Positions 16,250 through 25,408 of a stretch of 32,000 bases of DNA are shown piece by piece (positions within the stretch are counted from its first letter, which is position 1; the number at the start of each line of letters is the position of its first letter). This DNA comes from Schaalia odontolytica (GTDB lineage Bacteria > Actinomycetota > Actinomycetes > Actinomycetales > Actinomycetaceae). The stretch covers positions 1,050,001 to 1,082,000 of the forward strand of contig NZ_CP040006.1 of NCBI RefSeq assembly GCF_005696695.1, read 5' to 3'. The notes under the pieces are model-generated. The model was not told the origin of the DNA, searched no databases, and was given only the letters and a program-made list of their open reading frames with translations. The translations under genes were made by a program, and so were the position numbers.

Positions 16250-16261
16250 GGGGGCGGTTTT
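16234..16261 (+). terminator. Intrinsic terminator-like hairpin downstream of the DUF2469 gene
   Basis: CCGCTCCCT (16234-16242), ATCCAC loop, AGGGGGCGG (16249-16257), then TTTT (16258-61). 9-bp stem with one G-U pair. The loop and stem overlap the second DnaA-like box. Confidence 0.55.
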
Positions 16262-16312
16262 CGCATTGTGTCACTGACTGTCTCGGGCGCACTGTGGGTG
16301 CGGAGGTGATCC

Positions 16313-16756
16313 GTGATGGGATGCTTAATACGGCCCGACCGTCGGGCCATTGGCGCTGCGGGAGAATATACCGCCCGACTGGCGCTCGAAGAGGAAGGCC
16401 TGCGCCTTCTTGACACCAACTGGCGAGATGGTCGTCGGGGCGAGCTCGATATCATCGCGCGTGACGAGACCGATCCATCGCGTTCGTGGACCGTGATCGT
16501 GGAGGTGCGCACCAGGGTCGGGCGCAGGAAGGGGAGTGCGCTCGCTTCGGTCGACCATCGCAAGGTGGCGCGGCTTCGAGCCCTGACGGGTGCGTGGTGC
16601 AGGGCCCACGGTCACCTCGCTTCGCGTGTGCGTATCGACGTCGTCGCCATCACCGTGGACGCGCGGACGCTGGAATCCTGGCCGGGGTCCATGGACGAGG
16701 TCGTGGATCTTCGCGCTCTGGGGGCACAGCTCGTGTGGTTACGGGGTGTGCAATGA
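16313..16756 (+). CDS. YraN-family (UPF0102) endonuclease-like protein
   Basis: GGAGG RBS at 16303, then GTG 16313 or ATG 16316. GELDIIA and VVEVRTR motifs. Rv2898c-like position. Confidence 0.8.
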   Translation: MMGCLIRPDRRAIGAAGEYTARLALEEEGLRLLDTNWRDGRRGELDIIARDETDPSRSWTVIVEVRTRVGRRKGSALASVDHRKVARLRALTGAWCRAHGHLASRVRIDVVAITVDARTLESWPGSMDEVVDLRALGAQLVWLRGVQ

Positions 16757-18300
16757 GAGGGCCGGGACTTGCGCGCACGTATTCCATGAGTATCGTCGGC
16801 ATCGAGGGGCACCTTGTCGACGTGGAGACCTACGCGGGGTCGGGCCTCGTGGCGTTCACGCTCGTCGGCCTGCTCGACACCTCCGTGCGCGAGGCGCGTG
16901 ATCGCGTGCGCGCTGCGTTCGAGTCGTGCGGCCTGGACGTCTTGGACCAACGCATCACCGTAAATCTGTCCCCTGCGGGCATTCCGAAGTCGGGGTCGGC
17001 TTTCGACCTCTCGATCGCGGCGTCCATTGCTCTGGCCACGGGCCTCGTCTCGCCGGTGGCTTTTGAGGACGCGGTCCTCGTCGGCGAGCTTGCGTTGGAC
17101 GGCAGTATCCAGCCGGTGCGCGGGGTGCTGCCGGCTGTGCTGGCCGCACGTTCGCGGGGCGTGCGCCGCGTGATCGTGCCGTCGGCATGCGCCCAGGAGG
17201 CGCGTCTGGTCAGCGGCATTGAGGTCCTGGACTTCGCGCATCTGGCTGACCTCATCGCGTGGGCCGGGGGAGAGGCTGTGAAGGCTCCGTTCCACGGGAG
17301 AATGGGCGTGCGCTGCGAGGGGGAACGTGACGGTGATCCGACCCTCGCAGACATGGCCGACGTGCGTGGTCAGCCCGAAGCAATTGCGGCGATGGAAGTT
17401 GCAGCTGCCGGTGGGCACCACGTGTTTCTTCTCGGAGAGCCCGGATCCGGCAAGACGATGCTCGCCTCCCGACTGCCGACGATACTTCCCGACCTCGACG
17501 CCGACACCGCTCTCGTCACCACCTCGTTGCATTCGGTGGCGGGCCTGTTGCCTTCCTCGATATCGCTGATGACGCGTCCTCCATTCCAAGCCCCACACCA
17601 CTCGGTGACCATGCCAGCGCTGATCGGCGGCGGCACGCGCACGCTCGTCCCCGGGGCAGCGTCGCTGGCGCATGGAGGGATCCTCTTTCTCGACGAGGCC
17701 GCAGAGTTTGCGCCCTCGGTCCTTGACTCGCTGCGTGAACCCCTTGAATCGGGTGTCATCCATGTGCACCGATCCGGCGTTCAGGCGCGTTATCCCGCCC
17801 AATTCCAACTGGTAATGGCGTCCAATCCCTGCCCGTGCGGTGGCGGATACGGAGGGCGGCGGTGCACATGTTCCTCGATGAATCGACGCAGGTATCTCGC
17901 GCGTTTGTCCGGGCCATTGCTGGATCGGATGGACATCCGCATCGACGTGCATACCCCCAGTCGGGCGGACCTGGCGTCGACACAGACACGCGATTCCGCG
18001 TCGATACGTGGGCGTGTTATCGAGGCGCGCTCGAGGGCACGCACGCGCCTGAAGGGCACGCCGTGGACCATGAACGCGCAGCTTCCAGGAGCGTGGCTGC
18101 GCCACCACTCAGGCATCGATGCTTCTCTCATTCATCAACTTGATCGGCTCGTCGATTCCGGTCACTCGTCAATGCGCGGAATCGACCGGATGCTACGCCT
18201 GGCATGGACGCTCGCCGATCTCGAGGCTGCGCCTCGGCCGACCTTTGACCACATTGTTGCAGCGCAGCAGCTGCGGAACGGAGCGGATCACTATGAATGA
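16753..18300 (+). CDS. YifB/ComM-family Mg-chelatase-like AAA+ ATPase
   Basis: ATGA overlap with the yraN stop. Lon-like N-terminal domain, Walker A GEPGSGKTMLA, Walker B GILFLDEAAEF, Cys cluster NPCPCGG...CTCS. Confidence 0.9.
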   Translation: MRGPGLARTYSMSIVGIEGHLVDVETYAGSGLVAFTLVGLLDTSVREARDRVRAAFESCGLDVLDQRITVNLSPAGIPKSGSAFDLSIAASIALATGLVSPVAFEDAVLVGELALDGSIQPVRGVLPAVLAARSRGVRRVIVPSACAQEARLVSGIEVLDFAHLADLIAWAGGEAVKAPFHGRMGVRCEGERDGDPTLADMADVRGQPEAIAAMEVAAAGGHHVFLLGEPGSGKTMLASRLPTILPDLDADTALVTTSLHSVAGLLPSSISLMTRPPFQAPHHSVTMPALIGGGTRTLVPGAASLAHGGILFLDEAAEFAPSVLDSLREPLESGVIHVHRSGVQARYPAQFQLVMASNPCPCGGGYGGRRCTCSSMNRRRYLARLSGPLLDRMDIRIDVHTPSRADLASTQTRDSASIRGRVIEARSRARTRLKGTPWTMNAQLPGAWLRHHSGIDASLIHQLDRLVDSGHSSMRGIDRMLRLAWTLADLEAAPRPTFDHIVAAQQLRNGADHYE

Positions 18301-19453
18301 CACAGAACTGTGGGAGGCTGCCTGGTGGTCTGCCGTCGCTGAGCCGGCTGATCCGTGCGCACGCATCCTTCGTCGGGCCTTAGGGGATCGAGATGCGCGC
18401 GCATGGCTGATCGGAAGCTGGTCGGCACCGCCGTTGGTGCTTGCCCGTCACTCGAGGGTTGACTGGCACACGCAGTGGAATCGGTGGAGGCAGCGCGCCC
18501 TCTCGGTCGACATCGACAGTGAGCTCAACCGAGTCGCTCGTGCGGGCGGCGGATTCATGACACCTGGCGATCCACGCTGGCCAGAGCACCTTGCGTGCCT
18601 GGGGGAGGAGGAGCCGATGGGGTTGTGGTTCCTCGGCGACCTGCCCGAGGCTCCGCGGGCGGATCGTCATCTGTCTATCGTGGGAGCTCGCGCTTCCACC
18701 GGCGCGGGAAACAGGTGTGCACGCAACATGGCGGCATTCGTCGCTGCGGCAGGCGTGACGGTGGTGTCCGGGGGAGCGATTGGCATTGACATTGAGGCTC
18801 ACCGCGGTGCCCTGTCTGCGCGTGGGCGCACGATCGGCATCCTCGCAGGGGGCGTGTGCAATCCCTACCCCGCGTGCCACGGTGGCGACTTTCGTGCCGT
18901 CATTGATGGCGGTGGTGCCCTGATCTCCGAGGTTGCTCCCACCGCGAGGCCGGCGAAGTGGCGCTTCCTCACGCGAAACCGACTCATTGCCGCATGGAGT
19001 GGGGCTACCGTGGTCGTCGAGGCGGGAGCGCGCTCCGGCGCCCTTGCGACGGCGCGTCGCGCCATGGAATACGGGCGTGAGCTAGGCGCAGTCCCCGGCG
19101 CGGTCGACGCACCGATGTCGGTGGGGTGCCTGGAGCTTGCACGCAACGGAGCGATGATCATCCGCGATGGGCGCGACGCTCTCGAACTCGTGCGCCCGGT
19201 GAGCGTTGACGCCGCCCAGCCTCTGTTCGGTATGCCCGTCGACGACGATCATGGGGTTGATGCCCTAGAGATGACTCAGCGTCGGGTGTGGGAGGCGCTT
19301 CCCAGGAGTGCTCCCGCGTCGGTCGAAGCGATCTGCGTTGCCGCGGCGCTGTCGCGCGAAGAAGTGAACTATGCGCTCATGGAGCTCTCGGTTGCGGGGC
19401 TAGTGTCCGGATCGACGCGTGGCTGGACGCGAACGGGCGGAGGTAGACCGTAG
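18293..19453 (+). CDS. dprA: DNA-processing protein DprA (Smf)
   Basis: Overlaps the preceding stop by 8 nt. Rossmann-like core: IVGARASTGAGNRCARNMA, VVSGGAIGID, RNRLIAAWSGATVVVEAGARSGAL. Confidence 0.9.
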   Translation: MNDTELWEAAWWSAVAEPADPCARILRRALGDRDARAWLIGSWSAPPLVLARHSRVDWHTQWNRWRQRALSVDIDSELNRVARAGGGFMTPGDPRWPEHLACLGEEEPMGLWFLGDLPEAPRADRHLSIVGARASTGAGNRCARNMAAFVAAAGVTVVSGGAIGIDIEAHRGALSARGRTIGILAGGVCNPYPACHGGDFRAVIDGGGALISEVAPTARPAKWRFLTRNRLIAAWSGATVVVEAGARSGALATARRAMEYGRELGAVPGAVDAPMSVGCLELARNGAMIIRDGRDALELVRPVSVDAAQPLFGMPVDDDHGVDALEMTQRRVWEALPRSAPASVEAICVAAALSREEVNYALMELSVAGLVSGSTRGWTRTGGGRP

Positions 19454-19462
19454 GATATCGAT

Positions 19463-20374
19463 ATGGCTGGCAACGTGGGGGAGCGCTGGGAAGAGTACCT
19501 GCGCCTTGGGCGGCGGATGAGCCCCCACACCGTTTCCGCGTACCTCGGGGATCTTCACTCGCTGATGGAGTTCCTTTCGCTCGACGTTGATACGAGCCCT
19601 GAGCAGCTCCAAGAGGCGCTCACACAGCGCGCAGTGCGTTCCTGGCTTGCTCGCACCCTCGCGGATGGGGGAGCGCGCTCGACGATCGCGCGCCACACCG
19701 CGGCGATTCGCAACTTCACCGCCTGGGCAATGCGTGAAGGAATATTGGCGAGCGACCCCGCGGCGCTTCTGTCATCTCCGCGTGCCGACCAGCGTCTGCC
19801 GTCTCCACTCGACGAATCCGACGCGAGGGTTCTCCTCAATACTGCTCGCGATGAAGCGGCGGCGGGAGGGGCCTCCCAGATCCGCAATTGGGCGATCCTC
19901 GAGCTGACGTACGCATGTGGCCTTCGCGTCTCCGAAGTCTGTGCCCTCGACATCTCGTCCCTGAACCGTGAGGCCCTCACCGTGCGCGTCGTCGGTAAAG
20001 GCAACAAAGAGCGGGTGGTTCCCTACGGTCCTCCTGCTGCCGACGCCCTCGACCATTGGCTGGTACGAGGCCGTCCCCAGTTGGCCGGGGAGCGCAGCGG
20101 GAACGCCCTCTTCCTTGGCGATAAGGGTGGGCGCATCGATCCGCGCATCGTGCGGTCGATGGTACACAAGATGGCGGCTCATGCAGGCGTGCACGACATC
20201 GCGCCACATGGGCTGCGCCATTCCACGGCGACGCATCTGCTGCAGGGCGGAGCCGACCTGCGTGCGGTCCAGGAGATGCTCGGCCATTCGTCGCTGTCGA
20301 CCACTCAGCGCTACACCCACGTGGATACCGCTCGTCTGAGCGCGATCTATCAGCGGGCGCATCCCCGGGCCTAG
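19463..20374 (+). CDS. xerC: Tyrosine recombinase XerC
   Basis: RNWAILELTYACGLRVSE (Arg I), HGLRHSTATHLL (H-x-x-R), LGHSSLSTTQRYTHV (catalytic Tyr). Position matches Rv2894c. Confidence 0.9.
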   Translation: MAGNVGERWEEYLRLGRRMSPHTVSAYLGDLHSLMEFLSLDVDTSPEQLQEALTQRAVRSWLARTLADGGARSTIARHTAAIRNFTAWAMREGILASDPAALLSSPRADQRLPSPLDESDARVLLNTARDEAAAGGASQIRNWAILELTYACGLRVSEVCALDISSLNREALTVRVVGKGNKERVVPYGPPAADALDHWLVRGRPQLAGERSGNALFLGDKGGRIDPRIVRSMVHKMAAHAGVHDIAPHGLRHSTATHLLQGGADLRAVQEMLGHSSLSTTQRYTHVDTARLSAIYQRAHPRA

Positions 20375-20440
20375 GACCCGTGGGATGGGATGTGCTGTCT
20401 CGTCGGTGATCGCCGATCGCGTTCGGCAATTCGCATGAGG

Positions 20441-20992
20441 CTATCGAGCCAACGTGTCGTCCCAGGGGAGAAGGCGCGGGCGCCCAAGCGTCATACGTAT
20501 TGGATCGATGTACGTACGCCTGCCGGTCTTTGCGCCCCAGTGCAGCGTGGGTGAGTCTCCTTCGACGAGGCCGATGATGCTTCCTTTCTGGACGTGATCG
20601 CCAACAGCAACGGATGGCGTCACGGGAAGATACGTCGACCAGACAACGCGGCCGCCGACCTCGTGCCGAATCGAAATGACGCCCCGGCCCGCGATGGGAC
20701 CGGCAACAGTCACAGTGCCCGATGCGCATGCGTACACCGGGGAGGGAGCCGGATACTGCAACGTCACCCCACGCCGCCCGGGAAGCCAGTCGTGGGCGGG
20801 TGGGGCGAATCCTTCGACGACGGCCACGGGCCCACCTGTTGGCCACTGCCACCGCTCGCGGTGCGGGGTTGCTACGCCCGGCGGTACCGCGACAAGGAGT
20901 AGCGTGCCGACGAAGGCGGCGATTAGTGATAGCGTGCTGAAGCGGCCACGGTTCGGGATTACAGAGGTCATGACATCAGCGTGAGGGGACAC
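20441..20992 (-). CDS. Secreted M23-family metallopeptidase (peptidoglycan endopeptidase-like, Rv2891-like)
   Basis: Signal/TM segment LSLIAAFVGTLLLVAV. M23 features: VGDHVQKGSIIGLVEG, LHWGAKTGRRTYIDP. Start is GTG 20992 or ATG 20971; neither has a clear RBS. Confidence 0.8.
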   Translation of the reverse strand: MSPHADVMTSVIPNRGRFSTLSLIAAFVGTLLLVAVPPGVATPHRERWQWPTGGPVAVVEGFAPPAHDWLPGRRGVTLQYPAPSPVYACASGTVTVAGPIAGRGVISIRHEVGGRVVWSTYLPVTPSVAVGDHVQKGSIIGLVEGDSPTLHWGAKTGRRTYIDPIRMTLGRPRLLPWDDTLAR

Positions 20993-21022
20993 GGCGCACA
21001 GGTCTAGTCGCCCGGTGTCGGT

Positions 21023-21061
21023 TGTGGATACTGGCGCGACGCGAAAGGACCCTGTGGATAA
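21023..21061 (-). promoter_or_regulatory. Second pair of direct DnaA-box-like repeats, read on the minus strand: TTATCCACAGG, 20 nt, then TATCCACAAC
   Basis: The + strand shows TGTGGATA at 21023-21030 and TGTGGATAA at 21053-21061. On the minus strand this reads as a perfect TTATCCACA followed 30 bp later by gTATCCACA. It ends 30 nt upstream of the GTG of the M23 peptidase gene. Confidence 0.5.
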
Positions 21062-21168
21062 CCAGCGAAGACGGCGTGTCTGTGCCGAGCTGCCCCGGCC
21101 TCGTCGAAGAAGAATCCAGTAGGCAACGTCTCATCCGCTTGGTTTCGGACATTTGTGCACTTGTGAGG

Positions 21169-21174
21169 TAAGAT
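21169..21174 (+). promoter_or_regulatory. Candidate -10 element (TAAGAT) for rpsB-tsf
   Basis: This is the only TAnnnT-type hexamer in the AT-richer patch (21150-21176) of the 387-bp divergent intergenic region. The -35 is weak. It implies a ~200-nt leader. Confidence 0.25.
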
Positions 21175-21379
21175 AGCCGGGCACTTGCCCTGTGCAGGTG
21201 ACTTCGCGTGCCATTATCGCGACCCACGGGAAACCGCCAGGGGAGCGAGGCGCGGCGGCTTCGGTCCTTTCGGGGATGGTCGCCGGTCATGGCACCAGGG
21301 TGCGCAACGCGCACAGCAAACCGATAACCCCGGGGGAAACCCCACTGATCACTCGCGACTTGCGGGGAAAGGACGAACC

Positions 21380-22207
21380 ATGGCAGTCGTTACCATGCGT
21401 CAGCTCCTCGAGTCCGGTGTCCACTTCGGCCACCAGACTCGCCGTTGGAACCCGAAGATGAAGCGCTTCATCCTCACCGAGCGCAACGGCATCTACATCA
21501 TCGACCTGCAGCAGACCATTGCTGACATCGACATCGCCTTCGACTTCGTGAAGCAGACCGTCGCCCACGGTGGCACCCTGCTCTTCGTCGGCACCAAGAA
21601 GCAGGCCCAGGAAGCCGTGGCCGAGCAGGCCCAGCGCGTCGGCATGCCCTACGTGAACCACCGTTGGCTCGGCGGCATGCTCACCAACTTCTCGACCGTT
21701 GCCACCCGTCTGCAGCGCCTGAAGGAACTCGAGCAGATCGACTTCGACGACGTGGCCTCCTCCGGTCACACCAAGAAGGAACTCCTCATGATGCGCCGCG
21801 AGAAGGACAAGCTCTCGCGCACCCTGGGCGGCATCCGCGACATGACCAAGGTTCCCTCGGCCGTGTGGATCGTCGACCCCAAGAAGGAGCACCTTGCGGT
21901 CTCCGAGGCTCGCAAGCTGCGCATCCCGATCGTCGCCATCCTCGACACCAACGCTGATCCGGACGAGGTCGACTACCGCATCCCCGGCAACGATGACGCC
22001 ATCCGCGCCGTCGCGCTGCTGACCCGCGTGATCGCCGACGCCGTCGCCGAGGGCCTGATCGCTCGCTCCGATGTCCGCAAGGGCAAGGGCGAAGAAGCCG
22101 CCGCTGAGCCGCTGGCTGAGTGGGAGCGCGAGCTCCTCGAGGGCGAGGTTAAGGCCGACGAGGCTGCCGCCGCAGCTGAGGCCGCCGAAGCCCCCAAGCA
22201 GGACTGA
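21380..22207 (+). CDS. rpsB: 30S ribosomal protein S2
   Basis: AAAGGA RBS, then ATG at 21380. [27 protein letters not shown] is canonical S2. Acidic/Ala-rich C-terminal tail. Confidence 0.95.
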   Translation: MAVVTMRQLLESGVHFGHQTRRWNPKMKRFILTERNGIYIIDLQQTIADIDIAFDFVKQTVAHGGTLLFVGTKKQAQEAVAEQAQRVGMPYVNHRWLGGMLTNFSTVATRLQRLKELEQIDFDDVASSGHTKKELLMMRREKDKLSRTLGGIRDMTKVPSAVWIVDPKKEHLAVSEARKLRIPIVAILDTNADPDEVDYRIPGNDDAIRAVALLTRVIADAVAEGLIARSDVRKGKGEEAAAEPLAEWERELLEGEVKADEAAAAAEAAEAPKQD

Positions 22208-22232
22208 ACTTTTAACTGAGAGGAATCATCCG

Positions 22233-23060
22233 ATGGCGAATTTCACCGCTGCAGATGTGAAGGCGCTGCGTGAGCAGACCGGCGCCGGCATGATGGATGT
22301 CAAGAAGGCTCTGACCGAGGCCGACGGCGACGCCGAGAAGGCTCTCGAGATCATCCGCCTGAAGGGCCTGAAGTCCCTGTCCAAGCGCGAGGGCCGCCAG
22401 GCCTCCGCCGGCCTGCTGGCCGCGCAGACCGACGGCACCGTCGGCGTGCTGGTCGAGGTCAACTCCGAGACCGACTTCGTCGCCAAGAACCAGAAGTTCA
22501 TCGACTTCTCCAACGAGGTTCTGGCCGCCGCCGTTGCCTCCAAGGCTGCCGACCTGGACGCGCTGCTCGCCGCCCCCATGGGTGAGGGCACCGTCAAGGA
22601 CCGCCTGGATGCCTTCGCCGCCATCATCGGCGAGAAGCTGCAGGTTGGCCGCATCGTGCGCGTCGAGGGCGAGAACGTCGACCTCTACCTGCACCAGACC
22701 AACCCCGACCTGCCCCCGCAGGTTGGCGTCTTCGTCGTGACCGATGCCGCCGGCAAGTCCGTTGCCCACGACATTGCGATGCACGTTGCTGCTTACATGC
22801 CCGCCTACCTCGATCGCGATTCGGTTCCGGCCGACGTGCTCGACAAGGAGCGCGCTACCCTCGAGAAGATCACGCTTGAGGAAGGCAAGCCCGCCAACAT
22901 CGTTCCTAAGATCGTTGAGGGCCGCCTGAACGCGTTCTACAAGGACAACTGCCTCGTCGACCAGGCCTTCGCGCGTGACCCCTCGAAGTCCGTTGGTCAG
23001 GTCCTCAAGGAGGCTGGCGCCACGGTCACCAACTTCGTGCGCGTGCACGTGGGTGCCTGA
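22233..23060 (+). CDS. tsf: Translation elongation factor Ts
   Basis: GAGAGGAA RBS. AADVKALREQTGAGMMDVKKAL is the UBA-like N-terminal signature of EF-Ts. Confidence 0.95.
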   Translation: MANFTAADVKALREQTGAGMMDVKKALTEADGDAEKALEIIRLKGLKSLSKREGRQASAGLLAAQTDGTVGVLVEVNSETDFVAKNQKFIDFSNEVLAAAVASKAADLDALLAAPMGEGTVKDRLDAFAAIIGEKLQVGRIVRVEGENVDLYLHQTNPDLPPQVGVFVVTDAAGKSVAHDIAMHVAAYMPAYLDRDSVPADVLDKERATLEKITLEEGKPANIVPKIVEGRLNAFYKDNCLVDQAFARDPSKSVGQVLKEAGATVTNFVRVHVGA

Positions 23061-23090
23061 TCTGGCCACGTCGTCAGCTTGCTGACAAAT

Positions 23091-23129
23091 GGGAGCGGTC
23101 CCGCCGAACGGCGGGGCCGCTTCCCTTTT
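23091..23129 (+). terminator. Intrinsic terminator after tsf
   Basis: GGGAGCGGTCCCGCC (23091-23105), GAAC loop, GGCGGGGCCGCTTCCC (23110-23125), which is imperfect, followed by TTTT (23126-23129). Confidence 0.65.
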
Positions 23130-23190
23130 ACCAGGTAGTATGGTTCTTAACCGTTCCGCCCTTCCCGGGCCGTTACAAAGGAGAAGCGTC

Positions 23191-23901
23191 ATGTCGACGA
23201 ACCGCCGCGTTTTGCTCAAGCTGTCCGGAGAAGCATTCGGGGGTGGATCGATCGGTTTGGACCCCAAGGTTGTCCGCAATATTGCGGAGCAGGTCGCGAC
23301 GGCTGTGCGTGAAGGTGTCCAGGTGGCGATCGTCGTCGGTGGTGGCAACTTCTTCCGTGGTGCACAGCTTGCTCGCGAGGGTCTTGAGCGTTCGCGCGCG
23401 GACTACATGGGCATGCTTGGCACCGTCATGAACGCGCTCGCACTCCAGGACTTTATTGATCAGTCCGGTGTCCCCGCCCGTGTGCAGACGGCCATCACGA
23501 TGGCTCAGGTTGCCGAGCCCTACCTGCCGCTTCGAGCGATTCGTCACCTGGAGAAGGGGCGCGTCGTTGTCTTCGGCGCTGGCGCGGGCCTGCCGTACTT
23601 CTCGACGGACACCGTGTCCGCTCAGCGTGCCCTGGAGATTCACTGCGACGAACTCCTCGTCGCCAAGAACGGCGTGGACGGCGTGTACGACGATGATCCG
23701 AACAAGAATCCCGACGCCCACCGCTTCGACACGCTGACCTATTCTGAGGCGCTGCGTCGCGATCTCAAGGTGATTGACGGTTCGGCGCTGGCCCTGTGCC
23801 GTGACAACGGACTGACGACGCGCATCTTTGGCATGGGTGGCGACGGTGCCGTGACCCGCGCGCTGATGGGCGATGAAATCGGTACCCTAGTGACGGCGTG
23901 A
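23191..23901 (+). CDS. pyrH: UMP kinase
   Basis: [47 protein letters not shown]. Confidence 0.95.
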   Translation: MSTNRRVLLKLSGEAFGGGSIGLDPKVVRNIAEQVATAVREGVQVAIVVGGGNFFRGAQLAREGLERSRADYMGMLGTVMNALALQDFIDQSGVPARVQTAITMAQVAEPYLPLRAIRHLEKGRVVVFGAGAGLPYFSTDTVSAQRALEIHCDELLVAKNGVDGVYDDDPNKNPDAHRFDTLTYSEALRRDLKVIDGSALALCRDNGLTTRIFGMGGDGAVTRALMGDEIGTLVTA

Positions 23902-23939
23902 TATAACCTTCACAGACCACTGACTTAAAGGAGCTCATA

Positions 23940-24497
23940 GTGATCGACGATATTCTCCTCGAGGCCGAGGAAAAGATGGACAAGGCCGTGGAAGCGGCCA
24001 GCCACGAGTTTTCGAACATTCGTACCGGGCGTGCGACGTCTTCGATGTTCGAGCAGCTTCTGGTGGACTACTACGGCGCTCCGACGCCGATGCAGCAGCT
24101 TGCTAGCTTTCAGATTCCTGAGGCCCGCACGGTCCTGATCTCTCCCTTCGATCGCACCGCGACCCAGGAGATCATCCGTACTCTGCGTGAGTCGGACCTT
24201 GGCGTGAACCCGACCGACGATGGCAACGTTGTGCGCGTCGTTCTGCCCGCCCTGACGGAGGAACGCCGTAAGGAGTACGTGAAGCAGGCCAAGAGCAAGG
24301 CCGAGGACGGTCGTGTGTCCGTGCGCGGCGTGCGTCGTAAGGCGAAGGATCAGCTCGACCGCCTGAAGAAGGACGGCGAGGCCTCCGAGGACGACGTCGA
24401 GCGCGCTGAAAAGCAGCTTGATGGCCTCACGAAGGCCCACACCGAGCAGATCGACAAGATGCTCGCGACGAAGGAAAGCGAACTGCTGACGATCTGA
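23940..24497 (+). CDS. frr: Ribosome recycling factor
   Basis: AAAGGAG RBS, then GTG. 185 aa with typical RRF sequence (RTGRATSSMFEQLLVDYYG, LGVNPTDDGNVVRVVLPALTEERRKE). Confidence 0.95.
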   Translation: MIDDILLEAEEKMDKAVEAASHEFSNIRTGRATSSMFEQLLVDYYGAPTPMQQLASFQIPEARTVLISPFDRTATQEIIRTLRESDLGVNPTDDGNVVRVVLPALTEERRKEYVKQAKSKAEDGRVSVRGVRRKAKDQLDRLKKDGEASEDDVERAEKQLDGLTKAHTEQIDKMLATKESELLTI

Positions 24498-25408
24498 TGG
24501 CATCGACGGATCCTTCACTTCTTGCCCGAGTCTTCTCCCCGGGCCCCACTCGCGACAATCATCCCGTGGGTGGGGCAACGGGGAAGGCTGGGCGTAATCT
24601 TCCGCAGGCGATCACAACCGCTGTTGTCCTGATTGCTGCGGTCGCCATTCCTCTTTTCACCTCGCTGCCTGCGTTTGTCGGCGTCATCGCCTTCGTGTGC
24701 CTGGTTGGAATCTGGGAACTCGCGGGTGCTTTCGCTCGCATGGGTATCACGCTGACGGTGACGCCCCTGTATGTCGGCGCTATCGGGATGGTGACCTGCG
24801 CGTGGTGGTTGGGCACAGAGGGCATGCTCTTCGCCCTGTACATCACCGTGTTCGTCTGTGCGGCGTGGAGACTCCTGGACCGTCGTCAAGAGTCGCGAAT
24901 GAGCGACGTCGTGTCGTCAACGTTTGCTGCCGTCTACGTGCCGTTCCTGGCTTCGTTCGTGGTGCTCATGATGGCGGCGTGGCACAACGCCTGGGTGTTT
25001 GTCGTCTTTGAGCTGATGGTCATCGCCAACGACACCGGCGGCTGGGCTGCTGGCGTCATGTTCGGCAAGCACCCGATGGCTCCCGCACTGTCTCCCAAGA
25101 AATCCTGGGAAGGCTTCGCAGGTTCTGCCCTGACGGCCATCGCCGTCGGCGTGGTCGGGTTGTGGCTGCTGGGAGCTTCCTGGTGGTGGGGTGTCGTTGC
25201 GGGGATCTCCATCGCCTTTGTGGGTACGATGGGCGACCTGACCGAGTCTCTCATTAAGCGTGAGGCCGGTCTGAAAGACATGTCGCAGATCCTGCCGGGA
25301 CACGGTGGTGTTCTCGACCGAGTGGACGCGCTGCTCATGAGCGCGCCGGTCGCCTACTTCATTTTCGCGTGGGCGCTGCCGGGTATTTCTTGGGAGTCTA
25401 GCCATTGA
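24497..25408 (+). CDS. cdsA: Phosphatidate cytidylyltransferase (CDP-diglyceride synthase)
   Basis: TGATG overlap with frr. Polytopic membrane protein. CdsA signature [27 protein letters not shown]. Confidence 0.9.
   Translation: MASTDPSLLARVFSPGPTRDNHPVGGATGKAGRNLPQAITTAVVLIAAVAIPLFTSLPAFVGVIAFVCLVGIWELAGAFARMGITLTVTPLYVGAIGMVTCAWWLGTEGMLFALYITVFVCAAWRLLDRRQESRMSDVVSSTFAAVYVPFLASFVVLMMAAWHNAWVFVVFELMVIANDTGGWAAGVMFGKHPMAPALSPKKSWEGFAGSALTAIAVGVVGLWLLGASWWWGVVAGISIAFVGTMGDLTESLIKREAGLKDMSQILPGHGGVLDRVDALLMSAPVAYFIFAWALPGISWESSH

Noticed and set aside
15082-18108. Minus-strand ORFs of 493 aa (15082-16563) and 498 aa (16612-18108)
   Set aside because: They are antisense to rnhB, DUF2469, yraN and comM, all supported by motifs and start/stop coupling. 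Their composition is typical of shadow frames.
20993-21180. Possible c-di-AMP (ydaO-type) or other riboswitch upstream of the M23 cell-wall peptidase, since such riboswitches often precede hydrolase genes in Actinobacteria
   Set aside because: Read on the minus strand, I could not recognise the conserved ydaO cores or a pseudo-symmetric architecture. The paired boxes leave only ~30-50 nt before the start codon. An Infernal scan would be needed to exclude this formally.
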